Program-made: the position numbers and the translations under genes | In this document: positions 19,742-29,166 of the stretch, piece after piece | Layout: every line of letters begins with the position of its first letter | How positions within the stretch are numbered: the stretch's first letter is position 1 | NCBI GenBank assembly: GCA_963675785.1 | Contig: OY776562.1 | Span: forward strand, 480,001-544,000 | DNA from: Anaerolineae bacterium | GTDB lineage: Bacteria > Chloroflexota > Anaerolineae > UBA1429 | Direction: 5' to 3' | DNA: 64,000 nucleotides | The notes under the pieces: generated by a model | Database searches by the model: none | What the model was told of the DNA's origin: nothing | The model's input: the letters and a program-made list of their open reading frames with translations, nothing else

Positions 19742-21349
19742 CTAGGACTTGCGCAACACCGATATGGCCAGATTATCCGCGTGGTCACAGATGCGTTCCA
19801 GGTTGCGCAGGGTTTCAATGAACAAGGCGCTACTTTCAGGTGAGCAGTCTCCGGCTTTGAGCCGCTCGAGATGCTCGGATCGAACCTCCAAATTGAGGTG
19901 ATCCATATCATCTTCCAACATACACGCTTTTTCGGCTAGTACGGGATCCTGGGCCTTGTATGCTGCCAGAGCTGTCCTCAGGGTGAGTTCGGCATGATCG
20001 AATACACGCTCAAGGCCCTGCATGGCTTCTTCGCTAAAGCCAGCATGATGGTTGGTTACATCCTGTGCGGCTTCTGCCAGGTTTTCTGTGTGATCTCCCA
20101 CGCGCTCGAGGTCCACATTGGCATTCTTGATTTGAAAACACAGCTTACGCTCATTCGCATTGAGGTCCTCATTGATGAGGTTATCTACAAAGTTCTCGAT
20201 GAGGTTACAAAGGGGGTCGATCGTCTCAGATTCGGTGACAAGAACCCGTTCGGCTTGTTCAAGGTCGCCGTTCAAAAGGGCCTGTTTACTCTCTGCGAGC
20301 ATATCTGCCACCAGTTCGCCCATACGGACGACCTCATTCTGTGCCTGGCTGATACCGAACGAAGGAAGTGACTTGAGGTTCTCGTCGATATACTCGGCCA
20401 CAGATTCTTCTTCGAGTTCTGGCTTGTCAGGGACGATGCGCTCAGTCAAGCGCACAATGGATTTAACAAAGGGGAACAATGCTACGCTGACGAGGACGTT
20501 AAACACAGTGTGCGAGTTGGCGATCTGCCGGGCCAAAGAGCCGCTTGTTTGAGCTAGTAATTCCGAATAAGGCGTGATAAAAGGGATAAATATCAGAACG
20601 CCCGCTACGTTAATGAGGATTTGAGCAATTGAGGCACGTCGTGCGGTTGGCGTAGCCCCCAATGAGGCGATGAACCCCGTGACACAGGTGCCAATGTTGG
20701 CCCCGAGGATGATGCCGACAGCGCCGGGCAAGGCGATGATGCCTTCTGCACCCATGGCGATTACCAAGGCTGTAGTGGCAGAGCTGCTCTGAATGACTGC
20801 TGTCAGTATGGTTCCTGCCAGTACACCAAGCAGGGGGTTTCTCGCCATGCTGGCTAAAAAGTTCTGGGCAACCGCAAGTTCAGTGAGTTGCCTGAGCGTG
20901 CCGGACATGGTTTCCATACCCACAAAGAGAATACCAAAGCCAATGGCGATCTGAGCGTAGGTCTTGGTTTTGCGATTGTTACCGAATTCAAGTAGCACAA
21001 TACCGCCTGCTAAGGCGATCCACTTGATGATGCCAATGTCAAAGGCGATTAGCTGCCCTGTAAAAGTCGTACCGATCTCTTGGCCGAGCATGACGCCTAC
21101 GGCCTGTTCCAACGAGAGCAAACCACCATTGATCAAACCGATCATGGTGACCATAAGGAGGCTGCTGCTCTGCAGAACAGCCGTCGCCCCGGCGCCAAAC
21201 AGTGCACCCTTGATGGGGCGATTGGTGGCCTTGTCTAACCATTGCTGGAGCTTGCTGCCTGCAAGCTGCTCCATACCTCCAGAGAGAACACGAATACCGT
21301 ATAAGAAGAGGGCCAATCCTCCACAGATGGTTAATATTGTTGTTATCAT
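19742..21349 (-). CDS. Na+/Pi cotransporter with C-terminal PhoU repeats
   Basis: Two QSSS repeats, G..IGT motifs, ERVGDH and ERICDH PhoU-like ends. Confidence 0.92.
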   Translation of the reverse strand: MITTILTICGGLALFLYGIRVLSGGMEQLAGSKLQQWLDKATNRPIKGALFGAGATAVLQSSSLLMVTMIGLINGGLLSLEQAVGVMLGQEIGTTFTGQLIAFDIGIIKWIALAGGIVLLEFGNNRKTKTYAQIAIGFGILFVGMETMSGTLRQLTELAVAQNFLASMARNPLLGVLAGTILTAVIQSSSATTALVIAMGAEGIIALPGAVGIILGANIGTCVTGFIASLGATPTARRASIAQILINVAGVLIFIPFITPYSELLAQTSGSLARQIANSHTVFNVLVSVALFPFVKSIVRLTERIVPDKPELEEESVAEYIDENLKSLPSFGISQAQNEVVRMGELVADMLAESKQALLNGDLEQAERVLVTESETIDPLCNLIENFVDNLINEDLNANERKLCFQIKNANVDLERVGDHTENLAEAAQDVTNHHAGFSEEAMQGLERVFDHAELTLRTALAAYKAQDPVLAEKACMLEDDMDHLNLEVRSEHLERLKAGDCSPESSALFIETLRNLERICDHADNLAISVLRKS

Positions 21350-21404
21350 ATAATCCTGTAAATCCAGTCTGATAGGCTAGTGAGTAAGAAATTCTGTTTT
21401 AGAA

Positions 21405-22139
21405 TTAGTCGCAAGAGCGCGCCATTTGCTTTTGAGCCCAGTACACATTGGTTCGAAATAGGCTGTCAAAAGTGCCAGCATCGGACCAAAAGCCATCCAG
21501 TTCAGTCCAGCGCAATTGACCATCAGCAATGTAACGGTTGTTGACATCCGTTATCTCAAGCTCGCCGCGAGCTGAGGGTTCGAGTGTCTCAATGTGTTCA
21601 AAAACTTGGGCATCATAGAGATATAAACCAGTGACGGCATAGTTGCTCTGGGGGTGCGTGGGCTTTTCTTCGATGGCAATGATTCGCGAGGGATCTTGGG
21701 GGTCAAAAACAGGTACACCAAATCGTTCAGGATCAGGAACCGTCTTGAGGAATACCGTCGCGCCGCTTTTGAAGGATTCTACTGCTGGGCGGATATTGGC
21801 ATCGGTGGTGTTGTCGCCCAGAATGACAGCGATGCTGTCGCCATCCGAAAAATCGTGACAAAGGCTCAGTGCTTCAGCGATGCCGCCCTCATGTTCTTGA
21901 TAGGCATATTCGAGGTGGGTGACACCCAAATGCTTGCCGTTCTTCAGGACACGAATAAAATCACCGGCATAAGGCCCGCCTGTTACCACAATGATCTCTG
22001 TAACGCCAGCCTGCACAAGTGTATCGATAGGATAGTAAACCATGGGGCGATCGTATACCGGAAGCAAGTGCTTGTTTGTGGCATGGGTGAGTGGATATAA
22101 TCTGGAGCCGAGCCCACCGGCCAAAACGATGCCTTTCAT
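21405..22139 (-). CDS. Sugar-phosphate nucleotidyltransferase (short RmlA/SpsI type)
   Basis: MKGIVLAGGLGSRLYPLT..NKHLLPVYD.PM, LGDN, EEKP, RGELEITD, WSDAGT. Confidence 0.9.
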   Translation of the reverse strand: MKGIVLAGGLGSRLYPLTHATNKHLLPVYDRPMVYYPIDTLVQAGVTEIIVVTGGPYAGDFIRVLKNGKHLGVTHLEYAYQEHEGGIAEALSLCHDFSDGDSIAVILGDNTTDANIRPAVESFKSGATVFLKTVPDPERFGVPVFDPQDPSRIIAIEEKPTHPQSNYAVTGLYLYDAQVFEHIETLEPSARGELEITDVNNRYIADGQLRWTELDGFWSDAGTFDSLFRTNVYWAQKQMARSCD

Positions 22140-22371
22140 TTGGTTCTCCTTATTCATTCGGACACTGGTGCAAACCAGACGCCACGTCACTATTGGACGT
22201 TCCGCCGCAGCATGGCATTTCCCGCCGCAAGTATAATAGCGAGTCCTGCACACCTTGTCGAATGACAGCATTATGAATTTTCAGTTGGGTAGGCTTTGCG
22301 CTCGTATGGCGATGTGATAGAATGCAGGTTGAATGGTAAAAGCTGCAAGCCCTAGTAGGTGAGGAACGCAG

Positions 22372-23547
22372 ATGAACAAAAAGAACGTACGTGACATCGT
22401 TTGGACTGGCAAGAAAGCGCTTGTGCGCTGTGATTTTAACGTGCCCCTCGATGACGATCGTAACATCACCGACGACACCCGCATTCGTGCGGCTATACCC
22501 ACCATCAAGTACCTTCTCGAGAATGGTGCCGCGGTGATTCTATGCTCGCATTTGGGTCGCCCCAAGGGCAAATTCAACGATGCTTTGCGATTGGATCCCG
22601 TGGCTGCTCGTTTGCGCGAGCTGCTTGGTGTGGATGTCATCAAAATGAACGATGTCATCGGTGATGAGGTATCTGCTGCTGCTGCCGCGCTCAAGCCCGG
22701 CCAGGTGATGCTGCTAGAGAATACCCGCTTTTACGCTGAGGAAGAGAAGAACGATCCCGAGTTCGCCAAGAAGTTGGCTTCCCTCGCTGATGTATTCGTG
22801 AACGATGCTTTTGGTACAGCCCACCGTGCCCATGCTTCAACGGCTGGCGTGGCTGACTATATGCCCGCAGTGGCCGGATTCCTGTTGGATAAGGAAATCG
22901 CCTTTTTGGGGTCGGCAGTGGAGAGTCCTGTACGCCCGTTTGTGGCTATTCTGGGTGGAGCCAAGATTTCGGACAAAATCGGCGTGGTCAAGAACTTGCT
23001 TGCCAAAGCTGACAAGGTGCTGATTGGCGGCGGTATGGCCAATACCTTCCTCAAGGCCAAGGGCTATGAGTTGGGCGATTCTCTGGTGGAAGAAGGCAGC
23101 GTTGCCCTGGCTGCTGAACTGTTGGCCAATGCAGGTGGTAAGTTGCTTATTCCGGTGGATGCCGTGGTCGCAGATGCTTTTTCAGCCGATGCCAACACCA
23201 AGATTGTGGATGCTGACGCCGTAGAACCGGGATGGCGTATTCTCGATATCGGCCCCAAGTCGGTCAAGCTCTTTAGTGAAGCCATTGCCGATGCCAAGAC
23301 GGTTGTCTGGAATGGCCCGATGGGCGTGTTCGAGATGGCCCCCTTTGCTGAGGGCACCTTTGCTGTGGCCCGTGCACTGGCAGATTCTGGCGCAACCTCC
23401 ATCATTGGTGGTGGCGATTCGGTGGCTGCCGTGAACAAGGCTGGCCTGGAAGATAAGATCACGCATATTTCTACCGGTGGTGGTGCCTCGCTCGAGTATC
23501 TCGAAGGCATCGAACTTCCGGGCATTGCTGTTTTGGATGACAAATAG
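22372..23547 (+). CDS. pgk: Phosphoglycerate kinase
   Basis: [49 protein letters not shown]. Confidence 0.97.
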   Translation: MNKKNVRDIVWTGKKALVRCDFNVPLDDDRNITDDTRIRAAIPTIKYLLENGAAVILCSHLGRPKGKFNDALRLDPVAARLRELLGVDVIKMNDVIGDEVSAAAAALKPGQVMLLENTRFYAEEEKNDPEFAKKLASLADVFVNDAFGTAHRAHASTAGVADYMPAVAGFLLDKEIAFLGSAVESPVRPFVAILGGAKISDKIGVVKNLLAKADKVLIGGGMANTFLKAKGYELGDSLVEEGSVALAAELLANAGGKLLIPVDAVVADAFSADANTKIVDADAVEPGWRILDIGPKSVKLFSEAIADAKTVVWNGPMGVFEMAPFAEGTFAVARALADSGATSIIGGGDSVAAVNKAGLEDKITHISTGGGASLEYLEGIELPGIAVLDDK

Positions 23548-23574
23548 AGCTAGATACGCAAAATCGAGGAACAC

Positions 23575-24558
23575 ATGAGCGAGGGAATACGCAGAATTGG
23601 CGTATTGACAAGCGGTGGCGACAGCCCCGGCTATAACGCCTGCATCCGATCAGTGGTTCGTATGTCGATCCACTATGGTTGGGAGCCCTATGGCATTCGC
23701 AATGGTTTTAATGGCCTGGTGGCGGGTGATATGGAGGCGATGACTTCGCGGTCGGTCAGCGGCATTATCGGGCGCGGCGGAACCATTCTGGGGGCGTCGA
23801 GATCGTCCACATTCCAAACAGAGCGAGGCATTCGCGAGGCCCTGCGGCATCTCAATGAAGAAGGTCTTGATGCGCTTGTTGTAGTTGGTGGCGACGGAAC
23901 CATGCGCGGCGCTGCCGCACTGGCGGATGCGGGCGTCCCTGTTGTGGGTGTTCCTGGTACGATAGAAAACGATGTTTGCGGGACCGATATCGCAGTAGGC
24001 GTTGATACGGCCATGAATACGGCTATCGACGCCATCGATCGGATCAAGGACACGGCTTCGTCTCAGGAGCAGACTTTTCTCGTTGAGGTAATGGGCGAAA
24101 AATGCGGCTATCTGGCTTTGATGGTGGGGATTGCAGGCGGCGCCGAGTTCGTCTGTGTGCCCGAAGTTGCTACCAATATGGAAGAGCTGATCAGTAATGT
24201 GGCCGATGCCTATGTGCGCGGCAAGAAGAACTGTATCATCACCGTTGCTGAAGGCGCAAAACCCAACGCCCGCGAGATTGCCGACTATTTGCAGGCGAAC
24301 GAGGACAAAACGGGTTTTGGGGTGCGGCTTTGCATCTTGGGGCATATCCTAAGGGGCGGTTCTCCCTCAGCGGCTGACCGGTTCCTGGGGACGCGCTTGG
24401 GCGCAGAGGCCGTGCGCTTGCTGCATGAAGGGCAATCCCGCGTGATGGTTGGCATTCAGCATGAAAAGATGGTGCCTGTGCCGATTGACGAGGCTGTTAG
24501 CTGTACCCGCCAGATCGAAGATTACTACTTTGAACTTGCACGGGTTATGGCTCGCTAG
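23575..24558 (+). CDS. pfkA: PfkA-family phosphofructokinase homolog with non-canonical active site
   Basis: TSGGD.PG.N, GGT.LG.SR, GGDG, VAEG and GH..RGG present, but TIEND replaces TIDND and MGE replaces MGR. Confidence 0.85.
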   Translation: MSEGIRRIGVLTSGGDSPGYNACIRSVVRMSIHYGWEPYGIRNGFNGLVAGDMEAMTSRSVSGIIGRGGTILGASRSSTFQTERGIREALRHLNEEGLDALVVVGGDGTMRGAAALADAGVPVVGVPGTIENDVCGTDIAVGVDTAMNTAIDAIDRIKDTASSQEQTFLVEVMGEKCGYLALMVGIAGGAEFVCVPEVATNMEELISNVADAYVRGKKNCIITVAEGAKPNAREIADYLQANEDKTGFGVRLCILGHILRGGSPSAADRFLGTRLGAEAVRLLHEGQSRVMVGIQHEKMVPVPIDEAVSCTRQIEDYYFELARVMAR

Positions 24559-24569
24559 TTACATACAAC

Positions 24570-24604
24570 AAGAGGGCCCTTTTTGAGGGCCCTCTTTGCT
24601 TTTT
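24570..24604. terminator. Terminator between convergent pfkA and gpmA
   Basis: AAGAGGGCCCT/AGGGCCCTCTT inverted repeat. Confidence 0.8.
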
Positions 24605-24612
24605 CTCTCTTA

Positions 24613-25365
24613 CTACTTGGCCTTGGCCTGATTGGCTACGGCAGCTGCTTTGGCAGCGATTTCGTCCGCATCACCGAGATAGTAATGCTTGATGGGTTTG
24701 AGCTCATCGTCCAATTCGTAGACGAGGGGCACGCCGGTCGGGATGTTCAGCGTCGGAATCTCTTCATCCGAGATGTTATCAAGATACTTGACCAGGGCGC
24801 GCAGGCTGTTGCCATGGGCGGCAATGATTACGCGTTTGCCGGCTTTAACTTGGGGGGCGATGACGCCGTGCCAGTAGGGCAGCATGCGATCTACGGTATC
24901 CTTTAGGCACTCGGTGCCAGGGATGTCTTTGGGATCCATATCAGCGTAGCGGCGGTCGTGAATAGGATGACGCTCATCATCCAGTTCCAACGCTGGCGGC
25001 CTGATATCATAGCTGCGGCGCCAGATGTACACCTGATCCTCACCATGCCGCTCGGTGGTTTCGGCCTTGTTGAGGCCCTGGAGTGCTCCATAGTGTCGCT
25101 CGTTCAGGCGCCAAGAACGCTCTACAGGGATCCACATCAGGTCCATTTCGTCCATGGTCAACCAAAGCGTGCGGATAGCGCGCTTGAGTACCGAAGTGTA
25201 GGCGCAATCAAAGGTAAAACCTTCTGCTTTGAGCAGTTTTCCAGCGCCTCGCGCTTCGGCCAGTCCTTTTTCAGAAAGATCTACATCGGTCCAACCAGTA
25301 AAGCGGTTGGCGAGGTTCCATTCGCTCTCACCATGTCTGAGAAGTACAAGCTTGTGCATTGTCAC
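24613..25365 (-). CDS. gpmA: 2,3-BPG-dependent phosphoglycerate mutase
   Basis: LRHGES.WN..NRFTGW, LNERHYG.LQG, WRRSY, AHGNSLR. Start may be 25359. Confidence 0.97.
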   Translation of the reverse strand: MTMHKLVLLRHGESEWNLANRFTGWTDVDLSEKGLAEARGAGKLLKAEGFTFDCAYTSVLKRAIRTLWLTMDEMDLMWIPVERSWRLNERHYGALQGLNKAETTERHGEDQVYIWRRSYDIRPPALELDDERHPIHDRRYADMDPKDIPGTECLKDTVDRMLPYWHGVIAPQVKAGKRVIIAAHGNSLRALVKYLDNISDEEIPTLNIPTGVPLVYELDDELKPIKHYYLGDADEIAAKAAAVANQAKAK

Positions 25366-25512
25366 GCTCCAATTGCTTATGCTATTCTAGGTTATTCTGC
25401 ATCAGGTGCTGAACATCGTCAAGTGTGCACCAGATTGGCGTAAAACAAGATCAGATATGCTTACAGTCAAGCGCCTGGAACATTCGCGTCTCTATGTATT
25501 GTAGGACAAGAA

Positions 25513-26694
25513 ATGAAAGAACAAATTCACCGCATTGTGCAAGAGAACGCCGGACACATCATTGATTTTTGTCAGCGGCTGATATGTACGCCCAGTCTTT
25601 CGGGCCAGGAAGGTGCCGCAGCTCGGCTAGTTGTGGAAGAGATGCGCAATCTGGGGTATGACAGTGTTGAGATTGATGCTTGCGGTAATGTCCTTGGCAC
25701 TGTAAACGGGCAGGGCGGCAAAAGAGTTGTGTTCAACGGTCATATGGATATCGTTGCCGTGGGCGATGCTGCCCGCTGGAAACACACTCCTTTTGGTGCC
25801 GAGATCGTTGATGGTTGGATGTGGGGCCGAGGAACCAGCGATATGAAGGCGGGACTGGCCGCGCAGATCTATGCGGCGGCTTTGCTCAAATCGTCTGGTC
25901 TACCCTTTGCTGGTGAGATTGTGGCTACGGCCGCTGTCAATGAAGAGGTAGGCGGCCTGGGGTCTCGGATTATGAGCGGAGAGCTCACGGCAGATGTGGT
26001 TATCATTGGCGAGGCCTCGAATAACATGCTGATGCGCGGCCATCGCGGTCGCTACGAGATATTGGTTACCTTTAGAGGTGTTCCGGCTCATGCCAGTGCA
26101 CCACAGTTGGGCGTGAACCCCCACTATGCCATGTCTCGCTTTCTGCTCCAGCTGGTCGAATTGGAGATGTGCCAGGAGTCCGTCCTTGGGAATAGCACCG
26201 TATCACCAACTCTGATGCAGGTTCCCGGTAGTAACGCTAACGTGATTCCAGAGAGCGTGACGGTGCACCTGGATTGGCGTCCTGTGCCAACAGATGTGCT
26301 GGAAGGTGTGCTAGCGCGACTGCGTGATCTTGCTGCTGCGTGTTGTGATGCGGGCGGAAGCTATGATGTGCGCATTCGCCAAGAAGAGATCGAGACTTAT
26401 ACCGGCTACAAGGCCGCTCAACCGGCTGTGTTGGCGGGTTTTCTGCAGGATGCTGCCAGCCCCATGGTGCAGCGGGCACATTTGGCTCTAGAAACACAGC
26501 TCGATCGGACGGTTGATATCGGCGTGTGGCACTTTGCCACCGATGGCAGCCACTTTGCGAGTGCGGGTATGCCCTGCCTAGGTTTTGGCCCGGGGGACCC
26601 GCGGCAAGCGCACATGATCGATGAGCGGATTGAGGTGCGTGAAATACTGGAGGCCGTAGAGGGCTATATGGCACTGGCGCTCGCTCTGGGATGA
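25513..26694 (+). CDS. M20 metallohydrolase (ArgE/DapE/YgeY-like)
   Basis: GHMD.V, GRG.SDMK, EE, GEAS, AH..DE metal ligands. Confidence 0.88.
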   Translation: MKEQIHRIVQENAGHIIDFCQRLICTPSLSGQEGAAARLVVEEMRNLGYDSVEIDACGNVLGTVNGQGGKRVVFNGHMDIVAVGDAARWKHTPFGAEIVDGWMWGRGTSDMKAGLAAQIYAAALLKSSGLPFAGEIVATAAVNEEVGGLGSRIMSGELTADVVIIGEASNNMLMRGHRGRYEILVTFRGVPAHASAPQLGVNPHYAMSRFLLQLVELEMCQESVLGNSTVSPTLMQVPGSNANVIPESVTVHLDWRPVPTDVLEGVLARLRDLAAACCDAGGSYDVRIRQEEIETYTGYKAAQPAVLAGFLQDAASPMVQRAHLALETQLDRTVDIGVWHFATDGSHFASAGMPCLGFGPGDPRQAHMIDERIEVREILEAVEGYMALALALG

Positions 26695-26751
26695 TTTGGC
26701 GACCTGCTCACCGTTGCTATAATGCCAAGACACTAAGTTTTTGGAGGGGCC

Positions 26752-27444
26752 ATGAGCATCGACGATCAAAAACGCATTGCCGGATATCAGGCTGCCGAGT
26801 ACGTCAAAAGCGGCATGGTTGTTGGTCTGGGGAGCGGGTCGACGGCGCGTTTTGCGACCCTACGAATTGGCGAATTGCTCGAGCAGGGCAGGCTACGGGA
26901 AATTGTCGCTATAGCGACATCTAACGAGACGGCCGATTTGGCACAGGAGCTTGGCATTCCTCTCTCTGACCTGGATGAATACACCCGTATCGATGTAACC
27001 ATCGACGGTGCGGACGAAGTCGATCCTAATCTGGACCTCATCAAGGGATTGGGGGGGTTCCTTCTTTGGGAAAAGATTGTGGCCAGCGCAACGGAAACAG
27101 AGATTATTGTCATTGATGACCGCAAGATTGTTGATCGACTTGGAACCAGGGCTCCAGTACCCACCGAAGTCATCAAAAAGGGTTGGAAACTAGCCAGCAG
27201 GAATCTTGAGAAGACTGGTGCTCGGCCCATCATGCGTATGCAAGATGGGCGGCCTTTTATCACTGATGAGGGCAACTATGTGCTCGATTGTTGGTATGAT
27301 GGCGGCATTGAGAATGCCAGAGAACTGAGTCGGGTCATCAACGATATCCCCGGTGTTGTAGAAAACGGCCTCTTTTTAGGCATTGCGCGCCGCGTTATCG
27401 TCGCTTCCGAAACTGGCGTGCGAATTCTGGAGCGAAATTGCTAA
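26752..27444 (+). CDS. rpiA: Ribose-5-phosphate isomerase A
   Basis: GLGSGST, IDGADEVD, IKG.GG..L.EK, PGVVENGLF. Confidence 0.95.
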   Translation: MSIDDQKRIAGYQAAEYVKSGMVVGLGSGSTARFATLRIGELLEQGRLREIVAIATSNETADLAQELGIPLSDLDEYTRIDVTIDGADEVDPNLDLIKGLGGFLLWEKIVASATETEIIVIDDRKIVDRLGTRAPVPTEVIKKGWKLASRNLEKTGARPIMRMQDGRPFITDEGNYVLDCWYDGGIENARELSRVINDIPGVVENGLFLGIARRVIVASETGVRILERNC

Positions 27445-27451
27445 TTGCTGC

Positions 27452-27480
27452 TTGACAGTCGGCTGCGGACCCTGTATATT
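27452..27480 (+). promoter_or_regulatory. Sigma-70-type promoter of the uracil permease leader
   Basis: TTGACA (27452-57), 17 nt, TATATT (27475-80). Confidence 0.7.
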
Positions 27481-27515
27481 ACCATCCCAGTGGGTTGGGG
27501 TGTCGGGAGAAAGAC

Positions 27516-27590
27516 GTGTATCGTACTTGTGCTGCACTCGACAAGCTGGGCATAATTGAGGGACGCTTCGGGCGTCACTATTGTTGTTAA
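27516..27590 (+). CDS. Putative 24-aa leader peptide MYRTCAALDKLGIIEGRFGRHYCC
   Basis: GGGAG SD at 27505-09 and GTG start 6 nt later. The TAA stop overlaps the base of the following terminator. Confidence 0.45.
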   Translation: MYRTCAALDKLGIIEGRFGRHYCC

Positions 27591-27618
27591 AGAGGACTCT
27601 AAGAGTCCTCTTTTTTTT
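27589..27618 (+). terminator. Intrinsic terminator (attenuator) inside the permease 5' leader
   Basis: AAAGAGGACTC/GAGTCCTCTTT stem plus T8, between the promoter and the permease start. Confidence 0.85.
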
Positions 27619-27728
27619 GCCTGGTTTTTGAATCGTCTTTCCCTTGCCTCATAAGCCGGCCAGTGTGGGCCAAAGGAACAGCATTGCTGCTGCCAAGATC
27701 ATCTTTTTCTCACCAGGGAGGAAACAAG

Positions 27729-29057
27729 GTGTCAACCAAGACAGCTACCAAAAACGAGTACCAGGGGTACCTGCCCGCTGACAAACCGCCCTTTGGGCAG
27801 TTGGTCATCCTAGGTCTCCAGCATGTACTTACCATGCTTCCGGCCACGGTGCTTGTGGCTCTTCTCACAGGCTTTGATGTTGGCGTGACCTTGTTTGCCA
27901 GTGGTTTGGCGACGGTCGTGGCACTGCTTGGCTCAGGTATGCGCATTCCCCTTTATTATGGTTCCAGTTTTAGCTATATCGCAGCAGTTGTCGGCGTTGT
28001 TGGCGCGGAATGGGGCGGTATCCAGGTTGCCCAGGGCGGTATCATCGCTACTGCGGCAGTTTCGATCCTCGCTGGCCTGTTGATTCGCTGGTCTGGTAAA
28101 GAGGCGTTGGACCGCGTGTTGCCTCCGATTATCACCGGTACGGTAGCCATGGTTATTGGTCTTTCGCTGGCCAAGACCGCATTGGATAATTCGAGCGCTA
28201 ACTGGACCGTTGCTATCGTGACGCTGCTCGCCACCATCCTGTTCTCAGTCTATCTCAAGGGCAGGGGCTTTTGGGCTATGATCCCCATTCTACTTGGCGC
28301 CCTTGTTGGTTATGCTACTGCACTTGCTATGGGATTGGTCAGTTTTGATTCGGTTGGTTCGGCGGCCTGGGTGGCTATGCCCCAATTTACACTGCCTGTC
28401 TTCAAGTGGTCGGCTGTCGTGGCAATTGCCCCCATTGCTATTGCCACAATCCCAGAATCGACGGCTCACCTTTACCAGATTGGCCTGTATGTGGATCGCC
28501 TTGCTGATGATCTAAAGCGCGAGCGCCCGGGAATCAGCAAGCTCATCGGCCTGAACCTGATTCTCGACGGTGTGGGCGATGCTATCAATGGTTTCCTCGG
28601 TGGTTGCGCGGGCACGAACTATGGCGAAAATAACTCGCTCATGGCCATCACTCGCAACTACTCTGTGCCCGTTTTGATTGGCGCTGGCGTCATTGCTATG
28701 ATCTTGGGCTTTTCTGGCAAGCTGGCCGCTGTGGTCAATACCATGCCCACTGCCGTGGTAGGCGGCCTCTCGATTTATCTGTTCGGTATCATCGCCCTTC
28801 AAGGTGTGGCCATCATCCAGTCGGAGAAGGTGGATCTCTTTGACGCCCGCAATCTGGCCGTTGGTGCTGTGACCATGATCGTTGGCGTCGGTGGTTCTAT
28901 GTATGATGGCGGCATGATCCCCTTGAACGTGCCTGGCTTGAACTCCGTTTTCCCCGATGGCTTGCCAGCCATTGCTACGGCCGCTGTACTGGGTATTCTT
29001 TTGAATCTTGTCTTTATTATCTTTAACCCGGACAAGAAGAAAAAGGCCAAGGCCTAA
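27729..29057 (+). CDS. NCS2/NAT uracil-xanthine permease (UraA/PyrP-like)
   Basis: GLQH, YYGSSFSYI, PESTAH, TNYGENN NAT signature, many TM helices. GTG start after GGGAGG. Confidence 0.92.
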   Translation: MSTKTATKNEYQGYLPADKPPFGQLVILGLQHVLTMLPATVLVALLTGFDVGVTLFASGLATVVALLGSGMRIPLYYGSSFSYIAAVVGVVGAEWGGIQVAQGGIIATAAVSILAGLLIRWSGKEALDRVLPPIITGTVAMVIGLSLAKTALDNSSANWTVAIVTLLATILFSVYLKGRGFWAMIPILLGALVGYATALAMGLVSFDSVGSAAWVAMPQFTLPVFKWSAVVAIAPIAIATIPESTAHLYQIGLYVDRLADDLKRERPGISKLIGLNLILDGVGDAINGFLGGCAGTNYGENNSLMAITRNYSVPVLIGAGVIAMILGFSGKLAAVVNTMPTAVVGGLSIYLFGIIALQGVAIIQSEKVDLFDARNLAVGAVTMIVGVGGSMYDGGMIPLNVPGLNSVFPDGLPAIATAAVLGILLNLVFIIFNPDKKKKAKA

Positions 29058-29071
29058 TCTATTGTTTTACC

Positions 29072-29106
29072 GAGAGGCCCGCATGCGTGCGGGCCTCTCT
29101 CTGTTT
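29072..29106 (+). terminator. Terminator after permease
   Basis: GAGAGGCCCGCA/TGCGGGCCTCTC inverted repeat. Confidence 0.7.
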
Positions 29107-29166
29107 GACAGTACAAGGCAATGGCGGTAGCCTTGGGTGTTGTTTATAGAACGGATGAAAAAGATA

